Source: Fibrobacterales bacterium (GTDB taxonomy: Bacteria > Fibrobacterota > Fibrobacteria > Fibrobacterales > JAOPTW01). From it: 64,000 bases of DNA. The translations under genes were made by a program, and so were the position numbers. Under the pieces are notes generated by a model. The model was not told the origin of the DNA. It worked only from the letters and a program-made list of their open reading frames with translations, and did not search any database. The DNA lies in contig JAOPTX010000032.1 of the NCBI GenBank assembly GCA_051532055.1, positions 96,001-160,000 on the forward strand, written 5' to 3'. The first letter of the stretch is position 1. The number at the start of each line of letters is the position of its first letter. Below are positions 57,873 to 64,000 of this stretch, piece by piece.

Positions 57873-58547
57873 ATGCAAAATTCTCGACCAGCCCCTCGTC
57901 AAAACCGTCTCAAGCCAACAATGAAAAACATGGGTGTACTTCTCAAAAGTCATGGTGTTGAGATCAATAATGAGACCCTTGAAAAACTTTGGGAATTTCA
58001 TCAGCTCCTGAGAGAAAATAATACTGACCAAGATTTAAGTCGACTCAATGCATTCGAAACAATTATTGAGCGTCACTATGCTGACTGCATGATAATTAAT
58101 GCATTTGAACAAAATTGGCCAAAAAAGATGCTCGACATTGGTTCAGGTGCAGGGTTCCCTGGAATACCCTTTAAATTAATCCACCCCGAGATTCACCTCA
58201 CCCTTTGTGAACCACGACAACGCCGTTGTGACTTCATGGGTATGGTTATTGAAAAACTCGACCTCCCTAATGTTGAAATTTTCAACCATAAAGTGACCTC
58301 AAAAAGTATGGACATTCCCGTTGGTGGGATTATAACCCGTGCCTTTGAGCTCATGGAAAAAACACTTCCTCGAATAGAAAACGCACTTCAGCCCGGTGGC
58401 TATGCCTACTTTATGAAAGGGCCTGCAGCCAAAGATGAAATTGCCACGTTCTCTAACCCGAATTATACTATTCACAAAGAGCACTGGTATACTATTCCCA
58501 ATTCAAATCAGCAGAGAAGTTTGATCGTTTTAAAACGTAAAAAGTAG
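57873..58547 (+). CDS. rsmG: 16S rRNA m7G527 methyltransferase
   Basis: RHYADC, LDIGSGAGFPGIP, ITRAF, MKG. Confidence 0.92.
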   Translation: MQNSRPAPRQNRLKPTMKNMGVLLKSHGVEINNETLEKLWEFHQLLRENNTDQDLSRLNAFETIIERHYADCMIINAFEQNWPKKMLDIGSGAGFPGIPFKLIHPEIHLTLCEPRQRRCDFMGMVIEKLDLPNVEIFNHKVTSKSMDIPVGGIITRAFELMEKTLPRIENALQPGGYAYFMKGPAAKDEIATFSNPNYTIHKEHWYTIPNSNQQRSLIVLKRKK

Positions 58548-58631
58548 ACCGCTGCTTCATCGTTATATGTTATCTTCTTTTTAAGGAACTCTTCAAATGC
58601 CCATTTGAAGGTTTCACCATTTGGAGGAACA

Positions 58632-58880
58632 ATGAATAGTATACGGTGGATACGCAATATTATTGCCGATGGCCATAGGTACACACTAGAAATTCTTATC
58701 GGTGCGGACCTCATAGCTGACAAGTGCTACGTTAGAATTAATCAGGAGCCAGAACTCTGGTTTACCCCTGATAGTGATGATCGAGATATCATTGTACAAC
58801 GTGGAATTGACATTCTAAAGAAACGATTTGAAGGCCTCACCGTAACATCAGCCAATGGGCAACCATTTAATTGGGGCTAG
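58632..58880 (+). CDS. Small hypothetical protein
   Basis: GGAGG RBS before ATG 58632; 82 aa; 12 bp upstream of the GH57 gene. Confidence 0.7.
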   Translation: MNSIRWIRNIIADGHRYTLEILIGADLIADKCYVRINQEPELWFTPDSDDRDIIVQRGIDILKKRFEGLTVTSANGQPFNWG

Positions 58881-58892
58881 GAGCAAAGGATT

Positions 58893-61409
58893 ATGGCAGA
58901 AAAACACCCTATTTATCTCACGATACATGGACATTTTTATCAACCCCCTCGTGAAAACCCTTGGACTGATGAAGTTGAAATCCAGGACAGTGCACTCCCC
59001 AATCACGATTGGAATGACCGCATTGCATCACAGTGCTATGATGCCAACTCCGCATCACGGCTATTGAATCCTTATGGCAAAATTTCGAAAATTATTAACA
59101 ACTATGAATATATGAGCTTTAATTTTGGACCAACGCTCATGTCATGGATACGTGATAACCGTCCCGATACCTACAAACGCATTATTGAAGGTGATAAACA
59201 GAGTGCCAAAAGGCTCAATGGGCACGGCAACGCCATTGCCCAGGTATATAACCACATAATCATGCCTCTTGCCAACGAGCGTGAACGCCAGACACAAATA
59301 GAGTGGGGTATTAGAGATTTTGAATATCACTTTGGTCGTAAACCAGAAGGTATGTGGCTCGCAGAGACCGCTATTAACACAGCAACAGTAGTAGACCTCA
59401 TAAAAGCTGGCATCAAATACACCATACTTGCGCCTACTCAAGCAGAAGCAGTTCGAGAGTTTGCCGATGACTCATGGTATGACGTAAGTCAAAGCACCAT
59501 AGACCCAACGAGACCCTACAGAATTTATCCTAAAGATGAAGATGGCGACCCCTTTATCGATGACGCATATCTCGATGTCTTCTTTTATGATGGCAACCTC
59601 TCATCTGCCGTTGGTTTTGAGCACCTACTCCGTAATGCACCCGCCTATATCGACAAGATAAAAGGCGCCTTCAATTATGAAAAGTCAGACCCACAGCTTA
59701 TCTCCATTGCGACAGATGGAGAATCATATGGACACCATGAGCCCTTTGGGGATATGTGTGCTTCATACATGTTTGACCAAGTATGCCCTAAAGAGAATAT
59801 TATTCCTGTCAACTTTGGTTATTTCTTAGAAAAAAAGCCGCCCATTGCAGAAGTGACCCTTAAAAATGGATTAGGTGAAGGTACCGCATGGTCATGTGCG
59901 CATGGTGTTGGACGATGGTACCGTAACTGTGGTTGCACTACCGGTTCTCCTCCAGAATGGAATCAAGAATGGCGCGGTCCTGTACGGCATGCCTACAATT
60001 ATCTTTCTAAACATGCTATCCGAGTCTATGATAGCGAAGTAAAAAAACTATCTCACACAAAACCTAAAAAGCTCATTATTGAGTATGTTGACGTTTTACT
60101 CCACAAAGACTCTGCATTTACCGGTGAGTTCTTGAAGAAGCATCTCGTAACTACTGACAACTTTCAAGAGCGGGCCACACAGCTTCTCTGCCTTCTCGAA
60201 ATGCAAAAGTATACCATGTTTGCCTACACCAGTTGTGGGTGGTTCTTTGGAGAGATTAGTGGATTAGAACCTGTGCAAAACATGAAATATGCACGGCGCG
60301 CCATCGAATTAATGTCTTACTTTAAAACAAGTTTTTCCATAGATAAATTCCTCAACTTCCTCGATGGAGCCATAAGTAATATTGACGGCCGTACCGGCAA
60401 ACAACTCTACCTTGACTATACTGGGTCTCACCTCCCAACAACTTTTCGGGTTATTGCAGAAGTGCTCTATAGAGAGCTTCACGCAAAAACCCAATTTTGC
60501 TCTAACGTAGGTATTTTTAATATAACGGTTGTTCCCGTTTCTACAAGTACTGTTAAAACATATACTGTTGCAATTGCAAACACGTCAACCTGGGAACGGG
60601 ATTCTCTTGTCGTTGTTGGCCTTAAAAACCATTATGGAGATGATTACTTTGCCTTCTTACCGGATTCTGTGGACTTAAAGCTGTTTGACACTCTTAAAAG
60701 TCCAACACAAGATTTTGATACCGTGATCCAACTCTGTCCCGATGCAGTGCCCGTTGGCTTTAGAGACCTCTTTGATGATGCCTTCATCAATATTACACAA
60801 GAACTCATTGATAACTCTTCTCGATCAATTTTAGAAGACTACAAAGTCTTCCCTAAAAAACATGGAATGATTATGGAGATCTTACAACAGTCACAGAAGC
60901 CATTAGATGAGAGTATCGCAGTTCCTCTTAAAATGTCAATGTCGGCTTATGTGTATGATGCACTAGAGAAAGCCTTGAGCGAAGTCACCCCAGAGATTGA
61001 AGAAGAAATAGCCTCCCTCCGAAAAAGAGCGGCGTATTTACACCTCACTCTTAAAGCAGAGTGGATTGAGAAACGATTTGATACAAAAATAGAAGAGCTG
61101 ATGCAAAGTATCATCGATTCACCCGTCCCCCAAGTAATCAAACATATTACCAAGCTAATCACTCTCGCAGACTCCTTTAACATGACTATAAATAAGGGAG
61201 AGGTTGAAAACAAGGCATATCCACTCTACCTAAAAAACATGGACCTCTTTAAAAAAAGTGGCACCATGGACCTTGCCCTTGTTGAACTCTTCTCATGGCT
61301 TAACTTTGAGTTACCCAAAGAGGTTTACGTTGATAAAAAAGCAAAAAGTTCACAAGGTGCTCATGATAACAGCAATAGAGCATTAGAAAAAGCTGAGGTA
61401 TCGAGCTAA
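58893..61409 (+). CDS. Glycoside hydrolase family 57 / DUF3536 protein
   Basis: IHGHFYQPPRENPW, SFNFGPTL, GMWLAETA, ATDGESYGHH, WSCAHGVGRW, YTSCGWFF. Confidence 0.92.
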   Translation: MAEKHPIYLTIHGHFYQPPRENPWTDEVEIQDSALPNHDWNDRIASQCYDANSASRLLNPYGKISKIINNYEYMSFNFGPTLMSWIRDNRPDTYKRIIEGDKQSAKRLNGHGNAIAQVYNHIIMPLANERERQTQIEWGIRDFEYHFGRKPEGMWLAETAINTATVVDLIKAGIKYTILAPTQAEAVREFADDSWYDVSQSTIDPTRPYRIYPKDEDGDPFIDDAYLDVFFYDGNLSSAVGFEHLLRNAPAYIDKIKGAFNYEKSDPQLISIATDGESYGHHEPFGDMCASYMFDQVCPKENIIPVNFGYFLEKKPPIAEVTLKNGLGEGTAWSCAHGVGRWYRNCGCTTGSPPEWNQEWRGPVRHAYNYLSKHAIRVYDSEVKKLSHTKPKKLIIEYVDVLLHKDSAFTGEFLKKHLVTTDNFQERATQLLCLLEMQKYTMFAYTSCGWFFGEISGLEPVQNMKYARRAIELMSYFKTSFSIDKFLNFLDGAISNIDGRTGKQLYLDYTGSHLPTTFRVIAEVLYRELHAKTQFCSNVGIFNITVVPVSTSTVKTYTVAIANTSTWERDSLVVVGLKNHYGDDYFAFLPDSVDLKLFDTLKSPTQDFDTVIQLCPDAVPVGFRDLFDDAFINITQELIDNSSRSILEDYKVFPKKHGMIMEILQQSQKPLDESIAVPLKMSMSAYVYDALEKALSEVTPEIEEEIASLRKRAAYLHLTLKAEWIEKRFDTKIEELMQSIIDSPVPQVIKHITKLITLADSFNMTINKGEVENKAYPLYLKNMDLFKKSGTMDLALVELFSWLNFELPKEVYVDKKAKSSQGAHDNSNRALEKAEVSS

Positions 61410-61413
61410 CGTA

Positions 61414-62349
61414 TCAAACGAGTGTAACGTTAGAGTGAGTTGTTAATAAGGTATGCACCTGCTGGCATACCGATACTGCCTCTGTTGCACACTGTAGCGC
61501 GAAGTGATCGCTCTGCCCATCATCAATGAGAGTACTAAATGCTTTGTGCTCTTCCTCAAGGGGGTCAGAACTCAAAACGCTTTCCGCTTGGTGCACTAAA
61601 TTATTATGAAGTCTCAGCCTTACTGCTCTATTGAGTAGATCGCATTCAATAGAACCATATTCACCTTCTATATTTATTATTCGTTCAGAGCGCTCAAATG
61701 CTCTGTCTGCACTGCAATGAACTTCCACATCACCAATAGTCAGTGTTACTGAGCAACAATCTTTAAACTGTATTTCATCACCTTGACATTTCAAGGCTGT
61801 AATCTCACAGCCCAGCATTGAAAAAATCAAATCTAAATCATGAATCATAAGATCATAAGATACATCACGATCAGATGTCTTTCGTCTCGTAGGAAGCGAC
61901 CGACAACTCCGTATAGACTTTAGTGCCCCCAGTTGCTCAACAAACTCACTCGTTCGAATCCAAGCAGGATTAAAGCGTTCACTATGCCCAACCATCAAAG
62001 GTGTATTGTATGCGTAAATCATCAATGATTCCGCATCACTTCGATCAAGTACAAAAGGCTTTTCAACCAATACTGGTATCTTTTGTTCAAGAAGCTGTCG
62101 CACAAGAGAATAGTGATCATCACACGACGCTGCAACTATTGCACCATCAAACTTGAGCCCATCAAGTGCCTCTGTAAGAGATATAAAACAACGGAGGTTA
62201 TCTCGCCAAGTAGAAGTATTTTTATCAACTAATGCCGCTATGGTAAAACAAGAACCACGAAACACCGCATCAATATGTTTACTTCCCATGGCACCAAGAC
62301 CAATAATCACGATTCTTTTTCTTTGAGGTGAACTCAATATCTCAACCAC
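61414..62349 (-). CDS. Gfo/Idh/MocA oxidoreductase
   Basis: GLGAMGSKH, VEKP, VGHSERFNP, DLMIHDLD. Confidence 0.9.
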   Translation of the reverse strand: MVEILSSPQRKRIVIIGLGAMGSKHIDAVFRGSCFTIAALVDKNTSTWRDNLRCFISLTEALDGLKFDGAIVAASCDDHYSLVRQLLEQKIPVLVEKPFVLDRSDAESLMIYAYNTPLMVGHSERFNPAWIRTSEFVEQLGALKSIRSCRSLPTRRKTSDRDVSYDLMIHDLDLIFSMLGCEITALKCQGDEIQFKDCCSVTLTIGDVEVHCSADRAFERSERIINIEGEYGSIECDLLNRAVRLRLHNNLVHQAESVLSSDPLEEEHKAFSTLIDDGQSDHFALQCATEAVSVCQQVHTLLTTHSNVTLV

Positions 62350-62515
62350 TACTGTTATATAGGGCTAAAAATATCAATTTATTCCTTCTCAAGCGAGATA
62401 TCAGGGGCTTTTCTTTATTATCAACTCAAAAACTCTTTCCTCTTATGCTCGAACATAAATAGTTATCTATTTTTACCTTAATAGACGTTTTTAGAGTTTG
62501 TAGGCCTAGAGAGTT

Positions 62516-63934
62516 ATGCATTTAAATTTTTCAGAAACCAGAGTTCTTATTATTGGCGATATTATGCTTGACCGATACTATATCGGGAATGTAGACCGGA
62601 TATCACCCGAAGCGCCAGTGCCGGTAATACGTGTTAATAAAACAACCACCGCCCTTGGTGGGGCCGCAAATGTCGCCAACAACATTAGTCATTTAGGTGC
62701 AAAAGCAACACTCATTGGCTTTTGTGGTCATGACAGTGATTACCACGAAGTAAAAGTTCTCTCGGAACAACAAAATATCGACCTCGATATTACCATATGT
62801 AGCAATCCTACTATTACAAAATCACGAGTTATCGGTGAACACCAACAGATTACTCGTCTTGATTTTGAGAGTTCTACTCCCTACAGTAACGAAGAAATTC
62901 AAAAACTAGAAGAGGCCTTCACTAAAGCCCTTCCCGGTTCAGATATCGTAATTATTTCGGATTACGGGAAAGGAGTATGTACTCCAGAGCTCTGTCAATC
63001 AATCATCAGCCAAGCACGAGAGGCAGGCAAAAAAATTATCGTTGACCCTAAGGGTCAAAACTGGCAAAAATACCAGTATGCCTCATATATTACTCCCAAC
63101 TTTAAAGAATTTAGAGAGCATCTTGCTATAGACATCGACAATGCTGATAGCGCCATTGAACAAAGTGCCCCTAACATTATACACCGACTCCATCTCGATA
63201 ATCTACTCGTAACAAGATCACAAAAAGGCATGACACTTATCACCAATTGTGATGAGTTTTTTCACCGTCATACCGAAGCTCGCGATGTTTTTGATGTCAG
63301 TGGCGCTGGCGATACCGTTGTTGCAACCCTTGCTGTCGCGATTGCGTCAGGTATGAATTCAAATCAAGCAATCAGTGTTGCGAATTCAGCTGCTGGAATT
63401 GTTGTGGGTAAAATGGGAACTGCACCTATTGAAATTCGTGAACTCAAACGCAAAATTTTTGACCCAGACCTTGTTGAATCTCCTAAGATCGTATCCAAAG
63501 AGCAGCTTCTTACATCGCTTGCCCAGGTAAAGCACCGAGATAAGACTGTAGTATTTACAAATGGCTGTTTTGATCTCGTTCATAGAGGCCACCTACAATA
63601 CCTTAAAAAAGCACGAAACTTTGGTGATATGCTCATTATTGGCCTCAACAGTGACCAATCAGTCCAAAGGCTAAAAGGCCCTGATCGACCAATTAATAAT
63701 GAAAATGATAGAGCCCTTATGCTCGCCTCACTTGAATTTGTCGACTATGTCTGCATCTTTAATGAAGAAACACCATTTGAACTTCTTAAAGATATTCAAC
63801 CTTCAATCCTCGTAAAAGGTGGAGACTACGCTCTCGATGAAGTAGTAGGCCGCGAATTTGCAAATGAAGTTCGATTAGTACAATTTGTAGATGGATATTC
63901 AACAACAAACATTATTAAAAAAATGGAAAAATAA
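62516..63934 (+). CDS. hldE: Bifunctional heptose-7-phosphate kinase / heptose-1-phosphate adenylyltransferase
   Basis: GDIMLDRY..RISPEAPVPV, SDYGKG, DVSGAGDTV; FTNGCFDLVHRGH, GLNSD, KGGDY. Confidence 0.95.
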   Translation: MHLNFSETRVLIIGDIMLDRYYIGNVDRISPEAPVPVIRVNKTTTALGGAANVANNISHLGAKATLIGFCGHDSDYHEVKVLSEQQNIDLDITICSNPTITKSRVIGEHQQITRLDFESSTPYSNEEIQKLEEAFTKALPGSDIVIISDYGKGVCTPELCQSIISQAREAGKKIIVDPKGQNWQKYQYASYITPNFKEFREHLAIDIDNADSAIEQSAPNIIHRLHLDNLLVTRSQKGMTLITNCDEFFHRHTEARDVFDVSGAGDTVVATLAVAIASGMNSNQAISVANSAAGIVVGKMGTAPIEIRELKRKIFDPDLVESPKIVSKEQLLTSLAQVKHRDKTVVFTNGCFDLVHRGHLQYLKKARNFGDMLIIGLNSDQSVQRLKGPDRPINNENDRALMLASLEFVDYVCIFNEETPFELLKDIQPSILVKGGDYALDEVVGREFANEVRLVQFVDGYSTTNIIKKMEK

Positions 63935-63935
63935 T

Positions 63936-64000
63936 ATGATTATTGTTACCGGTGGTGCAGGCTTTATTGGAAGTAACTTAGTTCATGGACTCAATAAAAA
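63936..64000 (+). CDS. hldD: ADP-L-glycero-D-manno-heptose 6-epimerase, 3'-partial
   Basis: MIIVTGGAGFIGSNLVHGLNK immediately after hldE. Confidence 0.8.
   Translation, partial: MIIVTGGAGFIGSNLVHGLNK

Noticed and set aside
278..63592. Numerous short ORFs from the six-frame track overlapping long genes (e.g. 2634-3206, 32324-32899, 51219-51680)
   Set aside because: Antisense or alternate-frame shadows of well-supported genes, without motifs or RBS.

Overview
AT-rich bacterial chromosome window (about 35-40% GC by eye), most consistent with Fibrobacterota: it has a TIGR02147-type gene, a FISUMP (Fib_succ_major) lipoprotein, Ser-rich-linker lipoproteins, SprA and T9SS-type C-termini. The left part (1-33.2 kb) is an accessory surface/conflict region. 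It holds two CotH-kinase proteins, a 1.25-kaa OmpA/PG-binding/TTR-like putative effector with an overlapping MORN-repeat immunity gene, hipBA, and a decayed yafQ/higA relic. It also holds giant GLUG/cadherin adhesins, three lipoproteins sharing an unnamed ~240-aa N-terminal module with different C-terminal domains, tRNA-His, a double zinc-finger protein and adk. The right part (33.5-64 kb) is mostly core: rsmA, sprA, a HAD/degenerate-ABC1 fusion, GT9, a Fur-box-preceded porin plus FMN-binding protein, EamA, a REC-HicB-like fusion, an ECF sigma/anti-sigma/exported caspase operon with a G10 tract, cysE, AI-2E, HU, panE-like, ychJ, rsmG, GH57, hldE and the start of hldD. No integrase, transposase, reverse transcriptase or CRISPR array was seen. 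All family calls come from motif recognition by eye; no database search was run.
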